This document shows, piece after piece, positions 11,901 to 22,398 of a stretch of 64,000 bases of DNA. Numbering within the stretch: position 1 is the first letter of the stretch; each line of letters starts with the position of its first letter. The DNA is taken from contig CAVPCQ010000017.1 of NCBI GenBank assembly GCA_963702425.1, positions 1 through 64,000 of the forward strand, given 5' to 3'. The stretch is from an uncultured Acidobacteriota bacterium (lineage in GTDB: Bacteria > Acidobacteriota > Polarisedimenticolia > J045). The translations under genes were made by a program, and so were the position numbers. The notes beneath the pieces are model-generated. The model made no database searches, was not told where the DNA came from, and was given only the letters and a program-made list of their open reading frames with translations.

Positions 11901-12914
11901 TCACAGATCCTCGAGCCACTGGATGATGTCTTTCCGGCAGCGCCATTGGCTTTCACCGGTCGGCTCGGGGACCGGCGGGGTGCAGCGTTCGATCGCCTTG
12001 CGCTTCATCGCCATGTCGATCTCGATGTACTGGCTCGTCGTGGTGATGCTGACGTGCCCAAGCCAGGACCTGATGACGTTGAGTTCCACACCGGATTGAA
12101 GCAGATGCATTGCCGCCGTGTGGCGCATGGCGTGCGGGCTGATGCGCTTGGTGACGAGGGACGCTCGGTGCGTGGCCGCGGTTGCGACGTGACGCTTGAG
12201 GATCGTGATGACGCCGAAGCGGGAGATCCGCTTACCGTGGGCGTTGAGGAAGAGGGGCGCGTCTGGGTGGTTCTCGTCGTTGCGTTGGCGGAGATACGCG
12301 CGAAGTGCGTCCGCCGTCTCCTGCCAGAGAGGGCAGGCGCGCTCCTTGCGTCCTTTCCCAAAGATCCGCACCTGAGTGGGAGTCTCGAGGCGCAGATCCT
12401 TGATGTCCAGGTCCACCGTCTCGGAAGCACGCGCGCCGGTGTTGTACAGGAAGGTGAGCAGCGCGAGGTCACGTAGACCGAGACGGTGCGAGGGGGACGG
12501 TACAGCCAGCAGCGCCTTGACCTCGTCCCGATCGAGATAGGTCATGGAGCTCGACGAGGTCTTCTTGACGGGGACATCCAGGACGCGACGGCAGAGTTCG
12601 GCGTTTAGGGGGTCCCTGTCAGCGACGTACGCGAAGAATCGGTGGATTGCGATCAACCGGCAATTCCGTGTGGCCGCGCAGTTCTTTCTTTCCGTCTCGA
12701 GGTAGTCAAGGAAAGGCATCACGGTGTCGGGACCGAGATCCGCCAGCCGTAGTCGGATCACCTGGCGACCGGTACGCCGTGCAGCGAAGCGCAGAAAGAG
12801 CTTGATGCTGTCTCGGTAGGCCAGGATGGTGTTGGGGCTGACGTCGCGTTGAGCCGCGAGATAGTCCTCGAAGAAGGCGCGGAGCAAGGTCGGGAGGGCG
12901 CTCTGGGCGTTCAT
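11901..12914 (-). CDS. ritC: RIT tyrosine recombinase C
   Basis: TGARASE, HAMRHT, WLGH, TTSQY. Confidence 0.9.
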   Translation of the reverse strand: MNAQSALPTLLRAFFEDYLAAQRDVSPNTILAYRDSIKLFLRFAARRTGRQVIRLRLADLGPDTVMPFLDYLETERKNCAATRNCRLIAIHRFFAYVADRDPLNAELCRRVLDVPVKKTSSSSMTYLDRDEVKALLAVPSPSHRLGLRDLALLTFLYNTGARASETVDLDIKDLRLETPTQVRIFGKGRKERACPLWQETADALRAYLRQRNDENHPDAPLFLNAHGKRISRFGVITILKRHVATAATHRASLVTKRISPHAMRHTAAMHLLQSGVELNVIRSWLGHVSITTTSQYIEIDMAMKRKAIERCTPPVPEPTGESQWRCRKDIIQWLEDL

Positions 12915-13897
12915 GACCGACCTCCGGTTGGAAGGAGATCGTGGGCGAAGGCGTGGAAGCGGGTGTCCGCCTCATGGAGGAGGGCGGTGGTGACCCGCAG
13001 ATAGGCCTCGGTGTCGCTAACGCAGGCGTGGCCAAGGTAGGTGCTCAGCAACGGCAGGCGGGCCATCACGTTGTCCCCGTCGCGGTACCACTGCAGAAGA
13101 CGAGTCACGGCGAAGGTGGCGCGCAGGTCGTGCAGGCGGGGGCCGCGTCCTTTCGGCCCCCGTAGTCCCGCCTGGACGGCGACATCGCGGAACATCGCCT
13201 GCACATAGCCGGTGCTATAGGCTTTGCCGCGACCGGAGACGAAGAAGGCCTCGTCGAGATCGGCAGAGACCATCGCGACGCGGAGCTCGTGGTAGCGGCG
13301 TAGCACCTCCAGCGTCCCTGCCGAGAGTGGTACGAGGCGGGATTTGCGGAATTTCGACTGGTGGATCGAGAGCACGCCTGCTTTCAGATCCGCATCTTGC
13401 AACGTGAGGTGCAGTGCTTCGGAGATCCGCAAGCCCGACGTGGCCAGCAGCAGAATGACCGCGTGCATCGTCTTCGACCGAATCGGGCAGGGATGCCGGC
13501 TCTCCCAGTCTCGCAGCGACAGCGCGCCGTCCAACAGCAGACGGACCTCTTCTCGCGAGTAGATGTGGGGGCGTTTCGGCGGTCGACCACGGGGGCGGAG
13601 AGACTCGCCTGGGACGAAGGTGCCTGGAAGGCGCTTCGCCAGAAAGCGGCAGAAGCGACGCAGCAGGTGGTAGCGGGCCCGCCGGGTGTTGGGTCCGCGA
13701 GACTCGCAAGGTGCCAGCCACACCCTGACCAGCGCTTCGTCGATGGTGCCTGACCACGATGGGCTGTGCTGCGTGAAGCGATCCAGGGCCCGGAGCTGCG
13801 TGAACGAGGTCTTGTTGGCGCTGGCGCTGGCCTCGAGGGTCGCGATGAAGTCTGCGAATTCGGTGGCCAGAGGTCCTGAGAAGTGGGCCGTGGTCAT
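12911..13897 (-). CDS. ritB: RIT tyrosine recombinase B
   Basis: SGLRISEA, SKFRKSRLVP, HDLRATFA, LSTYLGH, TEAY. Confidence 0.9.
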   Translation of the reverse strand: MTTAHFSGPLATEFADFIATLEASASANKTSFTQLRALDRFTQHSPSWSGTIDEALVRVWLAPCESRGPNTRRARYHLLRRFCRFLAKRLPGTFVPGESLRPRGRPPKRPHIYSREEVRLLLDGALSLRDWESRHPCPIRSKTMHAVILLLATSGLRISEALHLTLQDADLKAGVLSIHQSKFRKSRLVPLSAGTLEVLRRYHELRVAMVSADLDEAFFVSGRGKAYSTGYVQAMFRDVAVQAGLRGPKGRGPRLHDLRATFAVTRLLQWYRDGDNVMARLPLLSTYLGHACVSDTEAYLRVTTALLHEADTRFHAFAHDLLPTGGRS

Positions 13898-15147
13898 GAC
13901 ACCACCTCCGGCTCCAACGCCACCGTCCTGAGATCGTCGACATGGAGCTTGGTGTAGATGAAGGTCGTATCTGGGCTTCGATGGCCGAGCACGTCGCCGA
14001 TGGCCTTGAGGGTCTCGCCGCTGCGCAGCAGGTGAACGGCCAGCGAGTGACGCAACGTGTGGGCACCACGGCGGGGCGTCTCGATGCCCGCTTTGTCGAG
14101 CTGGCGGCCCAGCCAGCGGTTGATCTTGCTACGAAGCGGGCCAACGGGTGGCCGACTGGAGAGGAAAACCTCCTCGTGCACCGACGGAGGGCGTTCCTCG
14201 CGAAGGTAGTCCAAGACTGCCTCACCCACCGGGCGTGTCAGCGGTAGTCTGCGGCTGCGGCCGGTCTTGGGTGCGAAGATGGTGATCTCGTCGTGCGACC
14301 AGTCGATGCTGTCGAGACGTAGAGCCCGGACTTCACAGCCGCGCAGGCCGTACGTGGCGATGAGAAGGAGCATGGCGTAGTTGCGCCGGCCGTTGGGCTC
14401 GTGCCGATCGACCACGCCGAGCAACCGCTGCACTTGCTCCCACGACAACGCACACGGCACATCTGCGAGGCGGTAGCGTCGCCGCAGCGGCACCGCACCG
14501 ACCAAGTGCCTGCCCCCGTGGCCCTGCAAATCCAGCCAGCGGTAGAAGCCGGACAACGAAGTGGCCAGGTGGTTCCACGCCGTGCGCCCCAGAGCTGCCC
14601 CGCGCTGGCGGCTGAACGCAAGCAAGTCGCCCGTGGTCAACTGCACCAACCCGGCGGGGCTCACCGCGCTCCCGCGGCTGGCCAGGAAGTCGCGAAGGTA
14701 GCGTCGGTAGTTGATCACCGTGGTCTCGGCGAGCCCTCGGTCGCGGCGCAGGAAGCGACAGTGTTCCTCGATCAGCTCGTGGTAGGGCGGCTTGGCGAAT
14801 ACGAGCCGAGGGATCGCACCTTCCTCGCGAAGCATGGCGAGGAGGAGTGCCAGCCCGCTCCGCACATGCTCCTGTCGCCGCCCCGGAGGTCGGCGATAGC
14901 AGCGACAGACCGGCAGGTGACGGTCGATGAAGTTTTCGACGACCGCCTCGTCGAGAATCCGCTCGGCACCTCCCACCTCTGCGTGCAGGACCCTGCCCAG
15001 GTGGACCACCGCGTGCCCGCAGTCCCGCCGTGTCCGCTCGGCATATCCGCAGTCGCGTAGCCTCAGGACCAGCCGAATGGCCTCCGGCCCCAGCGGAGCA
15101 TCCTCCCACCGCGTGTCGAGCAACCCATTCCAGAATGCTTCGTGCAT
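13894..15147 (-). CDS. ritA: RIT tyrosine recombinase A
   Basis: YGLRGCEV, HTLRHSLA, LGHRSPDTTFIY. Confidence 0.9.
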   Translation of the reverse strand: MHEAFWNGLLDTRWEDAPLGPEAIRLVLRLRDCGYAERTRRDCGHAVVHLGRVLHAEVGGAERILDEAVVENFIDRHLPVCRCYRRPPGRRQEHVRSGLALLLAMLREEGAIPRLVFAKPPYHELIEEHCRFLRRDRGLAETTVINYRRYLRDFLASRGSAVSPAGLVQLTTGDLLAFSRQRGAALGRTAWNHLATSLSGFYRWLDLQGHGGRHLVGAVPLRRRYRLADVPCALSWEQVQRLLGVVDRHEPNGRRNYAMLLLIATYGLRGCEVRALRLDSIDWSHDEITIFAPKTGRSRRLPLTRPVGEAVLDYLREERPPSVHEEVFLSSRPPVGPLRSKINRWLGRQLDKAGIETPRRGAHTLRHSLAVHLLRSGETLKAIGDVLGHRSPDTTFIYTKLHVDDLRTVALEPEVVS

Positions 15148-15304
15148 CTCTGCCTCCTTGGTATGTGTTGGAGGCAGAGCATTGAGGCCTGGAGGAACTT
15201 ATGTGAAGCCCGCTGGAACAAGCCAGCACAGCTACAGGGTCGAGCCTCCCGGTTCCACATAATTGTCCGCTTCACATAAGTCGGAAAATGTGGAGCTCCA
15301 CATT

Positions 15305-16209
15305 TTCCGTACGTGGGGCGCGCCGCGCATCCACGGCGAGATCCAGAAGCTCGGCCTTGAGGTCTCCGAACGCACAGTCTCGCGCTACCATGCCCCGGCG
15401 CCCGGCCAATCCCGACGAACGGCAACGATGGCGCACCTTTCTCGCCAACCACCGCGAGGTCATCGCCGCGATCGACTTCTTCACGGTCCCCACCGTCACT
15501 TTCCGCGCTACCTACGTCTTCTTCGTCATTTATCACGCGCGACGAATGCTGATCCACGCCCGTGTCACAGAGCCATCCGACGGCGGCCTGGATCACGCAA
15601 CAACTCCGCGAGGCGTTCCCCTACGACCAGGCACCGCGCTACCTGATCCTCGACCGTGACGCCAAGTACGGCCACGAGGTCCTCGCCGCGATCCGCCACA
15701 TGGGAATGTGACCAAAGCAGATCACGGCGCGCAGTCCCTGGCAGAACGGAGTCGCCGAGCGGTTCGTCAGCACAGCACGCCGCGATCTTCTCGACCACGT
15801 CATCGTCCTCAACGAGAAACACCTGCAGCGCCTTCTGGCCGGCTTCGCGTCGTACTACCTCGACGACCGGACGCACTTGACGCTTGCGAAGGATGCGCCT
15901 GCAACGCGCGCCGTGGAGTCGAAATCAAACCCCCAAGCCGCGATCGTCGCACATCCTCGCCTGGGCGGACTCCATCACCGCTACGCCTGGCGAGCGGTCG
16001 CCTGACGTCTCGCGTCGGCCCACCGATAGCTGCCGTGTTCGTTGCGCGATAGGTGTGTGCTCGCGAACTGCGGCGGCCCATTGGCCTCTTGCTCGTCGCA
16101 CCTGCGAAACCCTTCGCGATCTCCCGGCGCGCACTCGGCCATCGCTGAGACTTCGCTTTCCCCCCGCTAAGGCCGCTGCCGCGAGCGACTTCACTTTTGG
16201 CGAGCCACA
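15305..16209 (+). mobile_element. rve element, 3' half only, frameshifted
   Basis: Starts at the TWGAPRIHGE codons, stop at 16005, end TGGCGAGCCACA; closely similar to 20550-21445. Confidence 0.85.
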
Positions 16210-16416
16210 TCCATCACCGCACCGCAGCGCAACTGAGGTGCTCACTCTCCCGGGGGAATACCACTCCGCCCGTATCGGACGACCACGTATTGGATCAACC
16301 AATTCTCTCACGGCACACGTAGCGCGCTCACCCGACGCGCCGCGGAGACGCGAGCACCAGAGCGATTGGAGCGGTCGCCAACCATTCCGCGCGGAAGCTT
16401 GAGCAGAGACCATCGC

Positions 16417-19400
16417 CTACCCAGAGAGCCTCGCACGCTCTTCGCGAGCGCGTTCCTGCCAGAAGGCGTTGCATGCCCCGCGGGGTCGAAGCTCGAGCGC
16501 ACGATCAAGTGTGCGACGGGCCAGATCAATTTTACCAACACGTACCAGCGAGACGCCGTAGTCGAGCAGCGGCCATGCCCCCGACTCGGTGTCTTCTTTG
16601 ATTGGTGTGACCTGAAGGAAACGCTCCCAGTACGATACTGCCTTCTCGAATCGCTCTGTAGCCATTGCGAATCGAGCTTCGTATTGCAGCAGCGAGTCCC
16701 GCGCGCCGAACTCGCGGATCCACGCATTCGCGCGCAGGTCGCGCAGATGACTCTCCAGTCGGGCAACGTCGCCAAGCAGAAAGCTTGCGTCGACGATGTG
16801 CAGGAGGGAGTTCATCACCCAGCGCAGCGCGCGCCGATCCGAGTTCTGCTTCTCGGTGAACATCTCCAGCGCGCGTTCCGATGCCGCCACAAGGCACTCG
16901 AGGCCGGCTCGATCAGGCGCGCACTTATAGGCGGCCCAGAGTTCGACTCCCTCTGAAATGGCAGCGCCGACTCGATCCCCGCCTGTTTCGGCGAGTTGGA
17001 CGCTGCGACGAAGCGCGCGTGCGGCCTCCGGGTACTCGTCCTCCATGTACTCGACGTAGCCGATCTCGTACCAGCCGACGCCGAGATCGCTATTGTCCAA
17101 TCCGGAATCGAGATCATCGACCACGACGAGCATCTTCCGCGCCTCGTCGAAAGATCGACTTCTCCTCAGCATGCCTCCGAGGTCGACGCGAGCACGCGAA
17201 CGGATGCTGCGTGCGCGAGCCTCTGCCGGTCCACCGAGCGATCCGCGCGACAGATCGCCAACGAGGGATTCGAGCAACAGCCTGTAGAACGAAGTCCTCT
17301 CGCGGTAGGCGAAGAACGAGTGCAAGTCACCCGCCCGGAAAGTCGCTGCCAATACGGAATCCCCGTCCAGATACTGCCGCGCGAAAAAGCTCACCAGCGG
17401 CTCTGCGAATGCGCCCTCGACCCCATCCATCGCGACAAAATCCCGCAACAGATCGTCGGCGAGCCCGGAGCCGATCTTCGCATCGACGTGATCACGATCC
17501 GTCATCACGGCGACCAGCGTGTCGTATTGCGCCAGACTGCGCAGCTGATAGGGTAGTTCGTAGCAGCGGCGAGGGTTTGGGGCGCGCCCACCGTCGGTGT
17601 ACCAGGCCGGCGAACGCCGGAAGTGACTGGCGAGATCACGGCGGAACTCTGCCGTCCGCGGTTCGAGGAATCGGTGCCGAGCGACGGTCTGGAGCTGACG
17701 ATGATAGAAGCCGAGCACGCTCACCCCCGCAATGGTCGAGTCGCCGAGGAAGAGACCGAGATCGTAGAACAGCCGCGACCAGACCACCGGCGGCAGTCGG
17801 TCGATAGCATCGGCGTAGTCGTACCGACTACCGGTTCGGAATTCCTCGATGACGTCGGTGCGCTCGCCGAGTAACTCGACGATCTCGACTTCCGTGAGTC
17901 CGGACCGCGACGCCGCGAGCAGGCCAAGCGTCGCACCTACCAGCGCGCGGCCGTGATGGGCTTCCATCCCATCGAGGAATCGGTCGATCACGGTGGGGAT
18001 CGATGTCGGCAAAGATCCGGCCGTGGTGTCTTCGCGCCAATGCCGCGCGATCTCCACGAGCACCCTCAGAAACAAGGGTCGGGGGCACGCTACTAGCGCA
18101 CCTTCGACAGCTTCACGCTGCGGGCCGGAGAGTTGCCGGCAGTACGAGCGCAGCCACGCCGTCAACATTTGCTGCAGATCCGGCAGATCGGGTTCCTCGA
18201 TTGACAGCATCGACTCGGGATCGAGTCTTCCCGCCAACGCGTCGAACACGCCGGAGCCTTCGTCGTCTAAGGCTCCCTCGGTCATGCACGTGGCGACGAG
18301 GCGGCAGTTGGCGGGGAGCTCTCGCGGAATCCAATCGCCACTCAGGGCTCGGTCATCGGGGGAGAGCTGGTCGAGCGCATCTAGGAGCACGACAACTGGT
18401 CGGTCCCCGGTCCCCATCGTCAGTGTGGTTCGAAGCGACGCCTGCGGATCACCCTTCATCGACTCACTCGCATCGACGGAGCGGGATTCCGCGGCGATCT
18501 GCGCGTGGATCGAGCGGACCAGCGAGCGCAGCCCTGTTGAGTCACCCGTGGCGCCGATGAATCGAACGACATCGATGCACCGGGGGCGGCGAGCCGCGAG
18601 GTCAGCAGCGAGCTTAGCTATCAGCGCGGTCTTCCCGCCGCCGGAGACGCCGTGCAGCACCAGCGGACGGCGATCATCGCGATCGAGGTACTCGTGCACG
18701 CGCGCTTCCACCGCCCGCGCGACGTAGTTTCGGCGGCGTTCGGCGCCGAACGCCTCGTGAGCCTCGATCTCGCGAGCCGCGGGTGGCGTCGCCTCAAAGT
18801 CCGCGATCTGGGAATCGATCGCTTCTTTCAAGTCGGAGTACACGCTCTTCTGAAGTCGAGCCAAGTACTGCGGATCGACCCGCCCGCCCACGAGACGGGC
18901 CGTATGGTCTCGCGTAGTGACAGCACGGTTCTGCTCGAGGCGCGTGTGTAGCGCGCGGAGCTTCTCGCTGGAGCGTGGATCGGCGAGGGTGCCCGCCTCG
19001 TTCAGGTCGATGAAAGGCTCCCGGAGGACATCTTGAGGAACGTCGAGCCGACGGAAGTAGACGAATGCCTGCCAGTTCGCCTGCGCCGCGTTTTCGGTCC
19101 CGCTCCGAATTTCCTTCTCGGTCAGCGAGAGATCCACGTCGTCAAGCGCGCATGGGACATCTGGCAGCACCTGCCGTGCGGACGAGAGCATCACTTCACG
19201 GAGCGGGTCCTCCACCGTCGTGCGCCACCATACTGCGTCGCGCTCCTGCGCCGTGGCCCTCCTCCTCAGCCGATATACCAGCGGCACGTTATTTCGATCT
19301 TCGAAGTACCATGCGTCGAGCAGGAACCGGCGCTCACCAGCTTCGCCGCGGATCGTCTCCCAGTCGGCAGCGGACAGCTCCATGGGCAGGGGACGCCATC

Positions 19401-19671
19401 CGTAGCGTTGACCGATCAGCGCCACGAAGTTTGGGCGCGGCGTGACCAACCGGCAGCGCCGGATCTCGTTCAGACAGATGGCTTCGGTTCGCTGATCCCA
19501 GGCCGCCTCATCGTTGACGCCCCAGCGGAGATCGATGACGTGGAACTGGAACCCGCTCGCCTCACAGTACGCCCGCAGGCGGGCGAATGTCTCGCGGTGG
19601 AGCGTGTTCCGCTCGTCTTGCATGTCCTTGAACGTCGAACTCAGAAAGACGCGGATCGTTTTCTCGAACAT
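16417..19671 (-). CDS. DUF4062-NACHT/STAND NTPase with C-terminal TPR-like repeats
   Basis: IRVFLSSTFKDMQDER..IDLRWG..IGQRYGW (DUF4062); Walker A GVSGGGKT; Walker B VVLLDALDQL; helical repeats. Confidence 0.88.
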   Translation of the reverse strand: MFEKTIRVFLSSTFKDMQDERNTLHRETFARLRAYCEASGFQFHVIDLRWGVNDEAAWDQRTEAICLNEIRRCRLVTPRPNFVALIGQRYGWRPLPMELSAADWETIRGEAGERRFLLDAWYFEDRNNVPLVYRLRRRATAQERDAVWWRTTVEDPLREVMLSSARQVLPDVPCALDDVDLSLTEKEIRSGTENAAQANWQAFVYFRRLDVPQDVLREPFIDLNEAGTLADPRSSEKLRALHTRLEQNRAVTTRDHTARLVGGRVDPQYLARLQKSVYSDLKEAIDSQIADFEATPPAAREIEAHEAFGAERRRNYVARAVEARVHEYLDRDDRRPLVLHGVSGGGKTALIAKLAADLAARRPRCIDVVRFIGATGDSTGLRSLVRSIHAQIAAESRSVDASESMKGDPQASLRTTLTMGTGDRPVVVLLDALDQLSPDDRALSGDWIPRELPANCRLVATCMTEGALDDEGSGVFDALAGRLDPESMLSIEEPDLPDLQQMLTAWLRSYCRQLSGPQREAVEGALVACPRPLFLRVLVEIARHWREDTTAGSLPTSIPTVIDRFLDGMEAHHGRALVGATLGLLAASRSGLTEVEIVELLGERTDVIEEFRTGSRYDYADAIDRLPPVVWSRLFYDLGLFLGDSTIAGVSVLGFYHRQLQTVARHRFLEPRTAEFRRDLASHFRRSPAWYTDGGRAPNPRRCYELPYQLRSLAQYDTLVAVMTDRDHVDAKIGSGLADDLLRDFVAMDGVEGAFAEPLVSFFARQYLDGDSVLAATFRAGDLHSFFAYRERTSFYRLLLESLVGDLSRGSLGGPAEARARSIRSRARVDLGGMLRRSRSFDEARKMLVVVDDLDSGLDNSDLGVGWYEIGYVEYMEDEYPEAARALRRSVQLAETGGDRVGAAISEGVELWAAYKCAPDRAGLECLVAASERALEMFTEKQNSDRRALRWVMNSLLHIVDASFLLGDVARLESHLRDLRANAWIREFGARDSLLQYEARFAMATERFEKAVSYWERFLQVTPIKEDTESGAWPLLDYGVSLVRVGKIDLARRTLDRALELRPRGACNAFWQERAREERARLSG

Positions 19672-19919
19672 GACGGCTCCAAGGCAGAGATGAACGCACT
19701 CTCATGACCACAAGTAGGTAGTGACCCCGCCCCGCGAGCGAAACTGCCCAGAGGATACGACGAATCGGCCAGATCGCGGATTGCCATTCGTCATGCGTCG
19801 GGATTGTCGGGGTTCACCACGCCCGCGGCGAGCGGGAGGCAGCGCGCCCGCACGACCTTCGACTTCGACGCCGTGGGTGCTTCGCCGGCCTGTTCGCTCC
19901 TACCGAGATGAAGGCCGCC

Positions 19920-20075
19920 TGTCATTCGCCAAGATTGAATCCGCGCACTGCTGATGACCAACGCGGCTCGGAATGGGAGGCAGATTCGCCGGCTGAACCC
20001 GCCCCTGCGTGTGTCGGCGACGGTCATGCCCACCGGTTGACAGAGAGGGCGGCGGACTGCCTTCCGCAAGAGTAC
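19920..20075 (-). repeat. Right-end fragment of rve element
   Basis: TGTCATTCGCCAAG...; homologous to 10858ff and to the reverse complement of 30705-30860. Confidence 0.75.
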
Positions 20076-20079
20076 CCGG

Positions 20080-21445
20080 TGTCCCTCGCCAAGACCCCGT
20101 CCGCCTTGCCCTTCAACGAGTTGTGTTCCTGTGCAGGATACCCGAATCGCCCGCAGACGAGCCCGGTTGCCCTCCACCCCTACCCCATCATCGTGCGAGA
20201 ATGCTCAACCGCGCTCCTTCCGTCGCCCGGACCCTGCTCGCGATCTTCGCCTGCCGGGCCGAGCTGATCCTGGAGAACCTCGCGCTCCGACAACAGCTCG
20301 CTGTCCTCCGACGGAAGCACCCTCGACCTCGTCTCCGCGCGTCCGATCGACTCTTCTGGCTTACCCTGCGCCGCTGCTGGCCTCGATGGAAGGAGACGCT
20401 CGCCATCGTCCAGACCGAGACCGTCACCCGCTGGCACCGCGAGTTCTTCAGGCGGTACTGGCGCTGGACATCGCGGCGCCACGCTGGACGACCGAGCACA
20501 GGAGCCGACATCCGTGCCCTCGTGCACCGGATGGTCGCCGAGAATCCAGCGTGGGGAGCGCCGCGCATCCACGGCGAGATCCAGAAGCTCGGCCTTGAGG
20601 TCTCCGAATGCACAGTCTCGCGCACCATGCCCCGGCGCCGGGCCAATCCCGACGAACGGCAACGATGGCGCACCTTTCTCGCCAACCACCGCGAGGTCAT
20701 CGCCGCGATCGACTTCTTCACGGTCCCCACCGTCACTTTCCGGCTACCTCACGTCTTCTTCGTCATTTATCACGCGCGACGAATGCTGATCCACGCCCGT
20801 GTCACAGAGCATCCGACGGCGGCCTGGATCACGCAACAGCTCCGCGAGGCGGTCCCCTACGACCAGGCACCTCGCTACCTGATCCTCGACCGTGACGCCA
20901 AGTACCGCCACGAGTTCCCCGCCGCAATCCGCCGCGTGGGAGTGTGCCCGACGCAGATCACCGCGCGCAGCCCCTGGCAGAACGGCGTCACCGAACGTTT
21001 CGTCAGCACAGCACGCCGCGAGCTTCTCGACCACGTCATCGTTCTGAACGAGAAACACCTGCAGCGCCTGTTGGCCGAGTTCGCGGGCTACTACCTCGAC
21101 GATCGGACGCACTTGACGCTTGCGAAGGATGCGCCTGCAACGCGCGCCGTGGAGTCGAAATCAAACCCCCAAGCCGCGATCGTCGCACATCCTCGCCTGG
21201 GCGGACTCCATCACCGCTACGCCTGGCGAGCGGTCGCCTGACGTCTCGCGTCGGCCCACCGATAGCTGCCGTGTTCGTTGCGCGATAGGTGTGTGCTCGC
21301 GAACTGCGGCGGCCCATTGGCCTCTTGCTCGTCGCACCTGCGAAACCCTTCGCGATCTCCCGGCGCGCATTCGGCCATCGCCGCGACTTCGCTTTCCCCC
21401 CGCTGAGGCCGCTGCCGCGAGCGACTTCACTCTTGGCGAGCCACA
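20080..21445 (+). mobile_element. Full-length rve (IS481/IS3-like) insertion sequence
   Basis: Ends TGTCCCTCGCCAAGA / TCTTGGCGAGCCACA enclosing one transposase ORF. Confidence 0.85.
20201..21241 (+). CDS. Integrase-core (rve) DDE transposase
   Basis: ENLALRQQLAVL, WGAPRIHGE, DFFTV, LDRD, QNGVTER. Confidence 0.88.
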   Translation: MLNRAPSVARTLLAIFACRAELILENLALRQQLAVLRRKHPRPRLRASDRLFWLTLRRCWPRWKETLAIVQTETVTRWHREFFRRYWRWTSRRHAGRPSTGADIRALVHRMVAENPAWGAPRIHGEIQKLGLEVSECTVSRTMPRRRANPDERQRWRTFLANHREVIAAIDFFTVPTVTFRLPHVFFVIYHARRMLIHARVTEHPTAAWITQQLREAVPYDQAPRYLILDRDAKYRHEFPAAIRRVGVCPTQITARSPWQNGVTERFVSTARRELLDHVIVLNEKHLQRLLAEFAGYYLDDRTHLTLAKDAPATRAVESKSNPQAAIVAHPRLGGLHHRYAWRAVA

Positions 21446-21468
21446 CCTGCGTCTCGATCGATTCGGGA

Positions 21469-22398
21469 CTACTTCGCCAGGCCGAACAGGGTGGACGGCA
21501 CCCATCCCTCGTTGCCCAACTCGTCGGAGACCTTCCACCAGATCCCCTCCTTCTCGCCGGAGGGGTAGAGCATCATGCCCGGATCGAGGTCACGCACGAC
21601 CGTAGCCTTGACGTCGGGCTGCTCGTACATCCGACCCGGCTTGGCCATCGTCACCGATTGCGTGACGTTGTCCGCCTTGGCATCAGGCGTGTTGCTCTTG
21701 ACTTCGGCGATCAGTTTGGCGAAGGCATCCAGGTAGGCCATTGTCACCACCTGTCCGATCTCGGTGTTGGCATAGCTGCTGGCGCCTCCCGCGGCGAATC
21801 CTCCAAAAAACGCGCCGCCGCCCCCGCCCCAGCCAAGATCGGTTTTCTTGGCGTGGCCCTGCGCGAGCGCCACCTGCTCGGTGGAGCGAACGTCCGTCAT
21901 GGTCAGGACGACGTCGGCCGTCTTGCTCTTGAGATTGACGCCACCGACAACCGCACCCGCGGCGCCGCCGAGCAATCCGCCGAGCATGCCTCCGACGCTC
22001 TTTCCGCCGGCTCTGGCGTTCTTGTTCACGAGGTCGGGCACGAGCACGTAGTCTGCGGCCTTCATCTGACCCTTCCCTACGTTCGACCCGCCACGCATCT
22101 CACCGCTGGAGGCCAGCGCCCGCTCTTGCTGCGCTGCCGCCAGGCCCTTGCCGCGATCCAGCAGCGTGAAGCACTTGGACTCGGACACGAAGACCTTGAT
22201 CAAGGCCTCGGGCGATTCCAGGTTGTACTCGCTCCACCAGTTGCGCTCCGGCTCGACCACGGAGAGCGTGCCAATCTTCTTGTCGCAGACGGGGATCTCG
22301 GGCGGCTTGGCCTCGGCCGCGAGAGATCCCCCGACAGCGCACGCGCCGGCCAAGGCTGCCAGAGCGCTGTGGCGCAACCAAACGCGGGAGCTCGACAT
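21469..22398 (-). CDS. CsgG/HfaB-family secreted protein with C-terminal SH3-like domain
   Basis: Signal peptide; SKCFTLLDRG..ERAL..GQMKAADY; Gly-rich segments; WWKV..GNEGWV tail. Confidence 0.8.
   Translation of the reverse strand: MSSSRVWLRHSALAALAGACAVGGSLAAEAKPPEIPVCDKKIGTLSVVEPERNWWSEYNLESPEALIKVFVSESKCFTLLDRGKGLAAAQQERALASSGEMRGGSNVGKGQMKAADYVLVPDLVNKNARAGGKSVGGMLGGLLGGAAGAVVGGVNLKSKTADVVLTMTDVRSTEQVALAQGHAKKTDLGWGGGGGAFFGGFAAGGASSYANTEIGQVVTMAYLDAFAKLIAEVKSNTPDAKADNVTQSVTMAKPGRMYEQPDVKATVVRDLDPGMMLYPSGEKEGIWWKVSDELGNEGWVPSTLFGLAK

Larger units (their letters stand above)
11754..15309 (-). mobile_element. RIT element (recombinases in trio)
   Basis: Three overlapping tyrosine recombinases; terminal inverted repeats containing TTATGTGAAG...TTATGT plus 32/28-bp palindromes. 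Confidence 0.92.

Noticed and set aside
11901-15147. Tyrosine recombinases as the integron integrase for the cassettes
   Set aside because: Trio organisation and ends are RIT-type, no IntI-specific insertion recognised, and 27 kb away
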